A program made the position numbers and the translations under genes. From an uncultured Rickettsiales bacterium (GTDB taxonomy: Bacteria > Pseudomonadota > Alphaproteobacteria > Rickettsiales > UBA8987), in assembly GCA_964588995.1 (NCBI GenBank), contig CAZPQM010000004.1:10128-74127 (forward strand): DNA of 64,000 bases, given 5' to 3'. Below are positions 11,074 through 20,224 of this stretch, in pieces. The notes below the pieces were generated by a model. It was not told the origin of the DNA, made no database searches, and saw nothing but the letters and a program-made list of their open reading frames with translations. Position 1 is the first letter of the stretch, and every line of letters begins with the position of its first letter.

Positions 11074-11385
11074 TTATACGGGATATGAAGGCCGGTCCTC
11101 TGAAAAAGGAATAATGTGATCAAGCTTTAGATCAGACTGCCGGATACAGTCTAATTCATAAGAAGATTGCAGATTTAACCAGAAATCCGGACTAGTGCCA
11201 AAAAATTTACTTAACCGCATGGCAGTATCGGCCGTCAGGCTGCGAGATTCGTTGAGAATTTGATAAATACGGTTTTTTGGCACACCCAGCTTTACGGCAA
11301 GATCTGCCCCTGTCATGCTGATCGCCTCGAGTTCGTCAGCCAAAATTTCACCAGGATGAATAGGCTGACCGCGTTCTTTACTCAT
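11074..11385 (-). CDS. higA: HigA family antitoxin
   Basis: IHPGEIL...LTADTAMRLSKFFGTSPDFWLNLQ. Confidence 0.92.
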   Translation of the reverse strand: MSKERGQPIHPGEILADELEAISMTGADLAVKLGVPKNRIYQILNESRSLTADTAMRLSKFFGTSPDFWLNLQSSYELDCIRQSDLKLDHIIPFSEDRPSYPV

Positions 11386-11395
11386 AAGATTGCTC

Positions 11396-11671
11396 CTAAT
11401 GATAATCTACTATTTCAACATTATCAGCCCCCTGATCCCATGTGAAACAAAGGCGCCATTGATCGTTAATACGTATGCTATACTGTCCTTTTCGTTTACC
11501 AACAAGTGCTTCGAATCGGTTACCCCGCAATGCTCGCAAATCCTGCAACGAAGTCGCAGCGTGCAGTAAACGTAATTTTTTCTCGGCCTGCCTCTCAATG
11601 GAAGAAAAACGTTTTACGAACGTCCCTTCGTAAAACCGTTCCGGCTGTTTACAGGCAAATCCTTTAATCAT
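11396..11671 (-). CDS. higB: HigB (RelE/ParE family) toxin
   Basis: GNRFEALVG...YSIRINDQWRLCF...EIVDYH; toxin-first order. Confidence 0.92.
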   Translation of the reverse strand: MIKGFACKQPERFYEGTFVKRFSSIERQAEKKLRLLHAATSLQDLRALRGNRFEALVGKRKGQYSIRINDQWRLCFTWDQGADNVEIVDYH

Positions 11672-11700
11672 AGTTTAGCAGTAGGTACGTGGTACGTCAA
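11672..11700 (-). promoter_or_regulatory. Possible higBA promoter/operator
   Basis: TTGACG-17-TAAACT on minus strand with tandem ACGTACC repeats; -10 abuts the ATG so assignment is uncertain. Confidence 0.35.
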
Positions 11701-11707
11701 TAGTAAC

Positions 11708-12994
11708 TCACGCTGCGCGTTCGATCTTAGCGAGATATTCTTTAGCGCGTAGCTTGCCGTCTTCCACGGCGGGTTGGTCGAACGGGTCGAGGCCGAGCAT
11801 GGTGCCGACGGCAACGGTTTCCAGAATGAAATGCATGCAAAGCGCACCGAGCGTGGCTTCGTTCATGTGGTTTAGCTCGATCACGCGAACCGGCGCACCA
11901 AAGGCAATCAGGCTGTCGCGCGTCGCATATTGTGCGGCGGTCAGGAGTTCGCCCAGACTGCGATGATGCAGGTGCGACTGGGAAGCAGGAGGAAGATTTT
12001 CGGGCTGAATAAGATGCGTATCCGACTGCTTGGCAAACAAAAGCGTGAAGAATTTATCCGCTGGTCCGTCGAGGAAAAGCTGCAGCTGACTATGCTGATC
12101 GAGTGTGCCGATTGCGCTGATCGGGGTCGAGCCATGCCCTTGTTTACCAAGGCTTTCCGCCCAGATTTGCCGCTGCCAGGTGCTGAAATGCTTCAGCCGG
12201 TCTATATAAGGCATAAGAACGGATATAGGATACTGGTTCTGCATGGTCGCATAATGCAGCGCGGCGGAGGTCGTTGCTTCAGAGCCTTCCTGAAACGCCG
12301 CCTCTGCGTAGCTGCGTGCGCCATGCAAAAAAGCGGTGATGTCGAGCCCGGCAATCGCGGCGGGAAGCAGCGCGACATTGGTGAATATCGAAAAACGCCC
12401 TCCAATGAGCGGCTCATGCTCCAACATCTCGAGATCGAAATGTTCGGCAATTTCCCGCAATGCGCTTGGCTTCGCTTCTGTCAGCGCGGTCATGTGGCGC
12501 GCTATAGCTTCCGCTCCGAACCTATCGCGCAGCCGTTCGATGACAGTAGCCGCGATAGATAAGGTTTCCATCGTGCCGCCGGACTTACTCACGGTAAGAA
12601 AATGCGTTTGCTCAAGCGGTAACTGATCCAGCGTTTGATGCACAGTATACGGGTCGATGTTATCCAGAAAATGCAGGCGCGGCTGTAGCTCTTCCGGGTA
12701 GGTCAGGCCGACGAGCGTTTGTGCGCATAAAGTTGAACCGCCCGTGCCGATTACGACTAGATGTTTGAAAGCGGTGCGTAAAGCATCGGCTTTTTCCTGA
12801 ATGGCTGCGATTTTCGGATCGGTTTCCGTGTAGGGTGTAAAGAGCGGAAGTTTCCCCGATTGACGATCCGCATCTACGCGCTGCAGGGCGCTGACTGCTT
12901 TGGGAATGGCTGCATCATAAGCATCTAACAACGTTTTGGCATTGGGATTCCGTTCGGAAAAGGACTGTTCCAGATGAATAGAGAAATAGCTCAT
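11708..12994 (-). CDS. pgi: Glucose-6-phosphate isomerase
   Basis: GTGGS, SKSGGTMET, IGGRFS, QIWAESLGK, DQHSQLQ, PFDQPAVEDGK. Confidence 0.93.
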   Translation of the reverse strand: MSYFSIHLEQSFSERNPNAKTLLDAYDAAIPKAVSALQRVDADRQSGKLPLFTPYTETDPKIAAIQEKADALRTAFKHLVVIGTGGSTLCAQTLVGLTYPEELQPRLHFLDNIDPYTVHQTLDQLPLEQTHFLTVSKSGGTMETLSIAATVIERLRDRFGAEAIARHMTALTEAKPSALREIAEHFDLEMLEHEPLIGGRFSIFTNVALLPAAIAGLDITAFLHGARSYAEAAFQEGSEATTSAALHYATMQNQYPISVLMPYIDRLKHFSTWQRQIWAESLGKQGHGSTPISAIGTLDQHSQLQLFLDGPADKFFTLLFAKQSDTHLIQPENLPPASQSHLHHRSLGELLTAAQYATRDSLIAFGAPVRVIELNHMNEATLGALCMHFILETVAVGTMLGLDPFDQPAVEDGKLRAKEYLAKIERAA

Positions 12995-14301
12995 GGAGAA
13001 ATCTGCCCTCCGGCTTTCGCAATCGTTAACCGCTCCGGTTGTATGTAGATTTTAGCAAGGCGGTTGATCTCTTCCAAGCTGACTTCCATAATACGGCGGT
13101 TGCGCTCTTCAATAAAGTCAGGGGAGAGGCCTTTTCGCTGCAGAAAGCTGAGGTAAAAAGCGATGTTCTCGTTGGTATCCAGCCGATTGATCAGGAAGGA
13201 GCCGGTAAGGTAGGCCTTGGCCTGATGCAGTTCGGCTGGCGTAACACCGTTGTTTTGCAGGTCTTTGAGCATGCTGCGAATCAGCGTCAGGACTTCGTCT
13301 ACATTTTTACTTTCGGTACTCACCGCCCCGCGTAGATAGGAGGCATGGCTTGGAATATGCAGTGAGCTATAGGTGCCATAGGCAAGACCGCGCTTTTCGC
13401 GAATCTCGGTCATCAGGCGCGAGGCAAACCCGCCGCCACCCAGAATATGATTCAGCACGAATAACGGGTAAAAGTCGGGATGGTTAATCGGCAGGGCTTC
13501 AAAGCCAAAGAGGAGTGTAGTTTGCGGCGTTGGCATAGGCAGTGAAGACGTTGCTCCGGAGGCATCGGGTCGGTGATCCGGAATGGTGCGCCCTTCAAAT
13601 GCTACCGGGAGGGCCTGAAACAGCGTTTCTAGTGCGGCAATAAGCGCAGCTTCATCCACATCGCCTACGACGGAAAGCAAAGCGTTCTCTTGGGTGAGTA
13701 CGCGCGGTCGCTGCTGCGTCAGATCATCGCGCGTGATGGCTGTAATCATCGCCGGCGTGCCATAGGCGGAGCGGGCATAGGGGTGATCGCCGAAATAGGC
13801 CGCATCCCACAGCTTATCGGCCATATAGCCCGGGCGTTCTGCCTGTTTCTTCAAATCGTTAATGAGTGTTTCCTTCGCGAGCGTTAATTCAGCCATATCA
13901 AAGCGCGGCTCGGTCAGGATGAGCGTGAGGAGCTTTATGGCCTCCGCCATATGCTCTTTCAGCGTACGCAAGCTAACGGATATCGTGTCTTTCCCGGAAG
14001 AAATATCGAGCTCTATGGCGCGTTTATCCAGCGCATCGCTTAGGGCACGCGCATCCATATCCCCTGCACCTTTAAGGAGCATCGTGCTCATAAGATAGCT
14101 GAGCCCTTGCTTGGTTTCAGGGTCCTGAACGCTGCCCGCCTGTTGAAAAACGAGCGTCATATCAATAATTGGCAGGCTATCGTCTTCCACCAGCCAGAGT
14201 GTGTGCAACTTGCTATCCAGCTGTTTTACTTCAAGCGCCTGAGCAGCAGGCATTACGCTCAGCCCGATCAGTAATAGCAACAGGATGACGTGCCGTTTCA
14301 T
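12991..14301 (-). CDS. M16 peptidase, non-catalytic subunit
   Basis: Signal peptide, ILGGGGFASRLMTEIREKRGLAY, no HxxEH. Confidence 0.9.
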   Translation of the reverse strand: MKRHVILLLLLIGLSVMPAAQALEVKQLDSKLHTLWLVEDDSLPIIDMTLVFQQAGSVQDPETKQGLSYLMSTMLLKGAGDMDARALSDALDKRAIELDISSGKDTISVSLRTLKEHMAEAIKLLTLILTEPRFDMAELTLAKETLINDLKKQAERPGYMADKLWDAAYFGDHPYARSAYGTPAMITAITRDDLTQQRPRVLTQENALLSVVGDVDEAALIAALETLFQALPVAFEGRTIPDHRPDASGATSSLPMPTPQTTLLFGFEALPINHPDFYPLFVLNHILGGGGFASRLMTEIREKRGLAYGTYSSLHIPSHASYLRGAVSTESKNVDEVLTLIRSMLKDLQNNGVTPAELHQAKAYLTGSFLINRLDTNENIAFYLSFLQRKGLSPDFIEERNRRIMEVSLEEINRLAKIYIQPERLTIAKAGGQISP

Positions 14302-15596
14302 TCCGCTTCCTCCGGTTGCAGCCAGCCGGTCACGACGGACTCACTGTTTAATACGGTGCGTGCCGCCTGCTGTATGGAATCCTGCGTGATGGCATCAATC
14401 AGGTCGGGCCACCGTTCGACATAGCTAAGGTCAAGCCCTAGCGCGGCAAGCTGACCATACAAAACTCCCAGTTGCTGGGCGCCGTCGCGTATATACAGGC
14501 TGGAGGCTTTGAGCAGCGTTTTCGCCGTTTCAAGCCGGTCTGGCGCAACGCCTTGTTCTGCCACCTGCTGAAGGACTGTTTGCGTAGCCTGATTGATTGC
14601 CTCAGCATCTGTATCCTCGGTGGGATGAGCGGCAAAGTAAAATACGGACGGATATTTCTGCAACGCGCTGTAGCTCGCATAGATGCGTGTTGCGAGGCCT
14701 TTTTCTTTTACCAGCGTTTTATAGAGTAGCCCGGTTTCCGGGTTGGAGAGCAAATGCTCCAGCATCATCAGGCTGATAGATTGCTGCCAGTTATCAGCCT
14801 GCAATTGCGGCACAACCGCCTGCGATATCCAGCGTGGGCTATTCGCCTGATCGGACGGGTAGGTAATGTGGCGCTTCACCGGGGTAATGACCGCAACCGG
14901 CTGCGGTTCGAACGCGGCGCAATCCGTGCCGCCTGGGATATCACCATAAAACGTAGCGGCAAGCTCGCGCGCGTATTCCACCGTAATATCGCCTGCCAGC
15001 ACCAATAGCGCATGCTCCGGTGCGTAATAACAGCGGTAAAAATCGAGCATAATCTCACGGGTTACTTTCGGGATTTCCGACTCGTAGCCGATGATTGGCT
15101 CGCTATAAGGGTGATCGCCATAGAGCGCTTCGCGGATTTGCTCATTAAGCTGCTGCACGGGATTATTCTCAACCCGCGCATTACGTTCTTCCAGTACGAC
15201 ATTGAGCTCGCGTTGTAATTGCGCTTCGTCAATCGTTAAATGCTGCATGCGGATGGATTCCAGCAGCATGGCAACGGGCAAATGCTTTTTCGCGATTGTC
15301 TGGTAATAGGTGGTAAAATCCTTGGAGGTAAAAGCGTTTTCAGACGCGCCGTAAAAGGCCATGATCTCGGAAAACTCGCCCTCGCTGAGAAAACGGTTTT
15401 CCTTAAACATCATATGTTCGAGCGAATGCGCGGTTCCGGAATAGCCTTCCGGATCATCATTGGAGCCGACATTATACCACACCATCTGCGTCACCAGCGG
15501 TACTTTTGGATCGTGCAGTACGACAACGCGCATCCCGTTCGCAAGGGTGAAACTATGCGGTGATAAGGCGTTTGCCCCTGAAGCCAGGCCGAACAT
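14298..15596 (-). CDS. M16 peptidase, catalytic subunit (true start probably upstream)
   Basis: GTAHSLEHMMF (HxxEH), NAFTSKDFT. Confidence 0.9.
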   Translation of the reverse strand: MFGLASGANALSPHSFTLANGMRVVVLHDPKVPLVTQMVWYNVGSNDDPEGYSGTAHSLEHMMFKENRFLSEGEFSEIMAFYGASENAFTSKDFTTYYQTIAKKHLPVAMLLESIRMQHLTIDEAQLQRELNVVLEERNARVENNPVQQLNEQIREALYGDHPYSEPIIGYESEIPKVTREIMLDFYRCYYAPEHALLVLAGDITVEYARELAATFYGDIPGGTDCAAFEPQPVAVITPVKRHITYPSDQANSPRWISQAVVPQLQADNWQQSISLMMLEHLLSNPETGLLYKTLVKEKGLATRIYASYSALQKYPSVFYFAAHPTEDTDAEAINQATQTVLQQVAEQGVAPDRLETAKTLLKASSLYIRDGAQQLGVLYGQLAALGLDLSYVERWPDLIDAITQDSIQQAARTVLNSESVVTGWLQPEEAE

Positions 15597-15683
15597 TAGC
15601 AGGGCGATTAGCAGATAAAAGAAAAGAATCGTATGTGGTATACGTTGCGCGCAGCAGCATCGGGCTGGTAGTCCGGCTATGGC

Positions 15684-16205
15684 TTACTCCTGCGTAGACG
15701 ATGATTCCTGTAATGCGTTCGCTTTCTCCTGACGAAGGCGCTCGGCTTCCGCGTCGGCATCGATCACCGGCGGTTCCTCCTGCCGCAGCTTGGCGAGAAT
15801 ACCGCCAAAAAAGCCTTCACGCTTTTCTGCTGCTTCCTTTTCTTCCTGCTCAAGCGGCTTCAGCGCCTCGCGAATATTCGGATCAGCCTCCTCTACTCTG
15901 GCTTTGGAAAGCAGCACATTCTCCGCACCTGTCGTAGCTTCGACCGCTTCTCCGCCTTCCGAACCGATCAGCAGGCTACGCGCATCCGCGGAGGCGGCAG
16001 GTTCGATGCGGGCGAGGCTTTCCGTACCCGGTTTCGGCAGGCGGAAATCAGGCGGTACGGTCAACGCAGGACGAGAAAGCACCAAAAACTCATCCGGAGC
16101 GGAGCGTTGCAAGCCGATTTGCTCTGCGAGCGGACGACCACCACCGCACCCGGCGAGTAAAACAACGCAGCTCAGCATGAGAATATCAGGTATTTTCGCT
16201 TTCAT
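15684..16205 (-). CDS. DUF3035 family lipoprotein
   Basis: Lipobox LAGC; APDEFLVLSRPALTVPPDFRLPKPG. Confidence 0.85.
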   Translation of the reverse strand: MKAKIPDILMLSCVVLLAGCGGGRPLAEQIGLQRSAPDEFLVLSRPALTVPPDFRLPKPGTESLARIEPAASADARSLLIGSEGGEAVEATTGAENVLLSKARVEEADPNIREALKPLEQEEKEAAEKREGFFGGILAKLRQEEPPVIDADAEAERLRQEKANALQESSSTQE

Positions 16206-16686
16206 GACCGGCCCTTTTAGCCGTTTTCTCCTCATAAAACAAGAGATATATCATCAGCAGGGCTGTGCCGATCACAATCGTGCTATCGGCAATATTGAAG
16301 GCGGGCCAGTGATAGCCGAAGGCGTGGAAATCGAAAAAGTCCGCTACCGCGCCGTAAAGTATGCGGTCCACCACGTTACCCAGCGCACCGCCGATGATCA
16401 GGCTGAGGGCGATGATCTGCAAAGGGTGTTCGGCTTTCCGCATCCAGTTCAGCAAAAACAGGCTGATGACAATCGCAAGCGCAGAGAGGAGATACTGACC
16501 GTGTGGCACGCCCTGCAACATGCCGAAACTGATACCGGGGTTCCACACCATCACCAGATTGAAAAAGGGAAGCACCTCAATCGGCGGGCGATGCGGCATG
16601 CCGACGATGTAAAGCAGAATATATTTCGTCAGTTGATCCAGCGCTAAAATGGTGAAGGTCAGTAGCAGGCCGCGTTTGAAGTTCAT
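16186..16686 (-). CDS. lspA: Lipoprotein signal peptidase II
   Basis: DQLTK, NPGISFG, GGALGNVVDR, AVADF, FNIADS; start likely MNFKRG. Confidence 0.95.
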   Translation of the reverse strand: MNFKRGLLLTFTILALDQLTKYILLYIVGMPHRPPIEVLPFFNLVMVWNPGISFGMLQGVPHGQYLLSALAIVISLFLLNWMRKAEHPLQIIALSLIIGGALGNVVDRILYGAVADFFDFHAFGYHWPAFNIADSTIVIGTALLMIYLLFYEEKTAKRAGHESENT

Positions 16687-16796
16687 AGCACGCGTTATAC
16701 CGGCTCTCCTACACTTTGTCATCTGGTGAAAAGCGGTTGGGTTGGAATTCTTATTACCTCCCGCTTTAGTGGGAGTGGCTCCCCGTGATCGTGACA

Positions 16797-17140
16797 TGTC
16801 ATACTCCGAATTGCCACGAGGCAATTATAAGGATCTTTTGCCCCGTCATTGCGAGGAGTGAAGCAATCTTGTGCTGTTTACTCCGCACGAGATTGCCGCG
16901 CTCCCGTTGGTCGCTCGCAATGACGCCCTCACCCTAACCCTTCCCCAGGGGGAGAGGGAATGAGAGCGCATCCTCACCTGCCTGCGGGGGAGGCATCGAG
17001 GCTTGATAGCTATGCTATCTAGCCGCAGTGGTGGGGGTGTCATGTGGTTAGGTTAGTATTAATGCCCCCCTCCCAACCTCCCCCCGCAAGCGGGGGGAGG
17101 AGTGGAAGAGTGCGCCGCAAGCGGGGGGAGGAGTAAAAGA
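16797..17140. repeat. Mosaic palindromic repeat array between ribF and lspA
   Basis: Modules A (gagattgccgcgctcccgttggtcgctcgcaatgac), D, C, B in the same order as at 56.8-57.2 kb. Confidence 0.9.
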
Positions 17141-17146
17141 GTGCTC

Positions 17147-18073
17147 TCACCCCAGCAGCTTGCGAATGGTGGCGCAATCTTCCGTAATCTGTTCTTTCAG
17201 CCTGTCGAGGGAATCGAACGGCTGTTCAGGTCGAACGAAATCCCGCGGATAGAGCTTTGCCCACTTGCCATAGACATCGCCTTCAAAATCAAACAGATGC
17301 GCCTCGGCGACGATGCGCTTTTCGCGTGTTACGGTCGGGCGGACACCGATATTGATCGCCGCCTGATAACGCGTCCCCTCCAATTCGACATAACCGGCAT
17401 AAACGCCATGCGGGGGATGCTGATAGCCCTTCAAATGCAGGTTGACGGTCGGAAAATTGATCGTACGCCCCTTTTGCGCGCCGTAACGGATACGATCCTC
17501 GTAAAAGAACGGGTAGTTCAGCAACTCAGAGGCACGCCCGAAATGGCCGGATTTGATCGCCTCACGAATCAGGGTCGAGGAGTAGGTCATATCATCCATA
17601 TTCTGTTGCGCACTGACTTGCCGCAGGGAATAGCCGAGCGGCTGGGAGAATTCGCGCAGCAGATTGACATCACCGCTCCGTTTATAGCCGAAAATAAAGT
17701 CATAACCGATAACAATATGGCGCGCGGCGAGCTGTTCATGCAGGATGCTCCGGATAAAATCTTTACCTGTCAGGTGCGAAAACCGTTTATTAAAGCGCGG
17801 ACAGAAGAAAATATCGAGACCCAGCTGTTCCAGCATAAGGTATTTGCTGCGAAAGCGTTGCAGACGGAAGGGGGGAAGACTTGGGTGCAGAAAGCGAATC
17901 GGATGCGGTTCGAAGCTCATAACTGCGGATGGAAGACCGTGTTTATCCGCGATGGCTTTCGCCTGATGAATAACGGCTAAATGACCGGGGTGCAGCCCAT
18001 CAAAATTTCCGAGTGCAATCACCGCGTTTTTTGCATGTTCCGGGCAGGTTTTAGTGTCGCGTATAAGGTGCAT
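17147..18073 (-). CDS. ribF: Riboflavin kinase/FAD synthetase
   Basis: GNFDGLHPGH, SSTLIR, GRTINFPTVN, NIGVRPT. Confidence 0.96.
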   Translation of the reverse strand: MHLIRDTKTCPEHAKNAVIALGNFDGLHPGHLAVIHQAKAIADKHGLPSAVMSFEPHPIRFLHPSLPPFRLQRFRSKYLMLEQLGLDIFFCPRFNKRFSHLTGKDFIRSILHEQLAARHIVIGYDFIFGYKRSGDVNLLREFSQPLGYSLRQVSAQQNMDDMTYSSTLIREAIKSGHFGRASELLNYPFFYEDRIRYGAQKGRTINFPTVNLHLKGYQHPPHGVYAGYVELEGTRYQAAINIGVRPTVTREKRIVAEAHLFDFEGDVYGKWAKLYPRDFVRPEQPFDSLDRLKEQITEDCATIRKLLG

Positions 18074-18085
18074 GTTTCACCTATG

Positions 18086-18161
18086 TCATTACGACACGTG
18101 AGGTGATAGTTATCGCCGGGGACTCGCATGACGTACTGTCATACTCACCAGCGGTATGACG
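18086..18161. repeat. Degenerate GTCAT...ATGAC palindromic elements
   Basis: gtcattacga...tcgcatgac followed by gtcatac...gtatgac. Confidence 0.45.
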
Positions 18162-18178
18162 CCTGCTGCGTTTCATGA

Positions 18179-19087
18179 TTAGCTTTCCCGCAATTTCATA
18201 AAAATGAGCAGCGGCGCGGCGATGTAAATCGAGGAGTAGGTTCCGATGACAACGCCGAAGAGCACGGCGACGGAAAAGCCGTAAATCACCTCACCACCGA
18301 GCAGCACCAGCGCGAGTAAAGCGGCCATGGTCGTGCCTGCGGTGAGGATGGTGCGCGATAAGGTATTGTTAATACTGCGGTTAAGCAGACTCTCCAGCGC
18401 TTCCTGTTTGTATTTGCGTAGGTTTTCACGAATCCGGTCAAAAATTACCACCGAGTCATTGATGGAATAACCGATAATGGTCAGAATCGCGGCAATCGAC
18501 GTGAGGTTGAACTCCAGCTGCAGCAGGCTGTAAAGCCCGAGCGTCAGCAGCAAGTCGTGGAAGAGGGCTGCAATCGCGCACAGGCCGAACTGCCACTCAA
18601 AGCGAATCCAGATATAGATCATGATACCGATCAGTGCGAGGCCAAGCGAGAGTGAGCCGGCCTGAATCAGTTCTTCCCCCACCACGGGGCCAACTACATC
18701 GACTTTCCGGTAATCAATCGCGGTATTCAGTGCTCCTTCGAGCGTATTTTTCACCTGCTCGACCGCAAGGGCCTGCTCTTCCCCGGTGCCGAAAGCCTGC
18801 AGGCGAATCATGACATCTTTATCCGAGCCGATATTCTGTAGTGCAATTTCTCCAAGTTGCAGGTCGCCAAGTGTTTCACGGTAGGTTTGTAACGGTACGG
18901 GCTGCTCTGTGCGCAGTTCAATGACGGTACCGCCGGTGAAATCAATCCCGAAATTCAGCCCCTTCGTAGCCAGCAGAAAGACGGTTGCCAGCATCGCTAA
19001 TACGGAGAGGCCAAAGGCAAGCCACTTGCTTTCCAGAAAACGGATATGCGTATTCGCCGGCACCAGATGCAAAGGAAAAACAGCCAT
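18179..19087 (-). CDS. secF: Protein translocase subunit SecF
   Basis: FGIDFTGG, VGPVVG, GYSINDSVVIFDRIRE, GTYSSIYIA. Confidence 0.96.
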   Translation of the reverse strand: MAVFPLHLVPANTHIRFLESKWLAFGLSVLAMLATVFLLATKGLNFGIDFTGGTVIELRTEQPVPLQTYRETLGDLQLGEIALQNIGSDKDVMIRLQAFGTGEEQALAVEQVKNTLEGALNTAIDYRKVDVVGPVVGEELIQAGSLSLGLALIGIMIYIWIRFEWQFGLCAIAALFHDLLLTLGLYSLLQLEFNLTSIAAILTIIGYSINDSVVIFDRIRENLRKYKQEALESLLNRSINNTLSRTILTAGTTMAALLALVLLGGEVIYGFSVAVLFGVVIGTYSSIYIAAPLLIFMKLRES

Positions 19088-19090
19088 CAA

Positions 19091-20056
19091 TTACTCCATC
19101 ACGTTAATTACAAGCGTTGTTATATAGCCAAGATAAACGATAAAGAAAAGCCCACCCTGCAAACGCGAGATCGATTTTTGAAAATGGATAAAGCCTGCGA
19201 GCAGAATCGCGAGCGCGAGCATTACCCAGAGATCCAGCTGCAAAAAGGCCGGGTTGACCTGCAGCGGATTGATCAGCACCGGTATGCCGATTCCGAGCAG
19301 GATATTAAATAAATTACTGCCGATGATATTACCGATAATAATATCCGTGTGCTTACGGAAGGCGGCAATCACGCAGGTTGCAAGCTCAGGCGACGAGCTA
19401 CCGATGGCAATCAGCGTGACGGAAATGACGGCTTCGGGGATCTTAAACATCTCAGCTACAGTGACCGCCCCCATGACCAGTAGTTCCGAACCTAGCGCGA
19501 GCCCACCAATCCCCAGCAGGACCAGCAACGTTGCTTTGAGTGGCGGAATGGGTTTGTCGAATTCTTCGGCCATTTCCTGCTCAAGCAGCTTTGTGGCTTC
19601 GTTTTTTTTGTCCCTGGTCGCACGTTTTACCAAAAAGATAAGGTAGCTGCATAAAACCACCATCAAGAGCACACCGGTAAGCGCATTCAGTTGATTGAAA
19701 AATACAAGAGCGGTAAATAAGATACTGATGATAAAGAGGAAAGGACTTTCGCGCTTAATGATGTTATCGTGCGGGATGAGGGGCGCCACCAGAGCACTTA
19801 TTGCGAGCACCAGCCCTACATTTGCGATATTACTCCCGATGATGTTGCCGAGCGCGATATCCGATAACCCTTTAAGCGCGGCGGAAATACTGACCAACAT
19901 CTCCGGCGCCGACGTGCCGATGGCAACGACCGTCAGGCCAATCACTATAATTGAGATCCCCAGCTTTTTCGCAATGCCGACCGCGCCCTTGACCAGCGCG
20001 TCACCGGAAAAAAACAGGATGATCAGTCCGCCAATAATTTCAAGCGCTGCGATCAT
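19091..20056 (-). CDS. Calcium/sodium antiporter (YrbG/CaCA family)
   Basis: GTSAPE and GSSSPE alpha repeats, GNIIGSN twice. Confidence 0.92.
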   Translation of the reverse strand: MIAALEIIGGLIILFFSGDALVKGAVGIAKKLGISIIVIGLTVVAIGTSAPEMLVSISAALKGLSDIALGNIIGSNIANVGLVLAISALVAPLIPHDNIIKRESPFLFIISILFTALVFFNQLNALTGVLLMVVLCSYLIFLVKRATRDKKNEATKLLEQEMAEEFDKPIPPLKATLLVLLGIGGLALGSELLVMGAVTVAEMFKIPEAVISVTLIAIGSSSPELATCVIAAFRKHTDIIIGNIIGSNLFNILLGIGIPVLINPLQVNPAFLQLDLWVMLALAILLAGFIHFQKSISRLQGGLFFIVYLGYITTLVINVME

Positions 20057-20126
20057 GCTTTCCTACCTAGATTGAGACAGGTTATAAGCAGATTGCAATA
20101 AAGAGGCAATGAAACTATTTTACGCT

Positions 20127-20211
20127 GTCATACCGCGACGTGATCGCGGTATTCATTTGGCAGCTAGTGTCTGGCCGCACCATTTATCCTGTGGTCAAGC
20201 TACGGGATGAC
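20127..20211. repeat. REPIN-like palindromic element
   Basis: gtcataccgcgacgtgatcgcggtat...cctgtggtcaagctacgggatgac. Confidence 0.7.
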
Positions 20212-20224
20212 AAAGGTAATTTTT

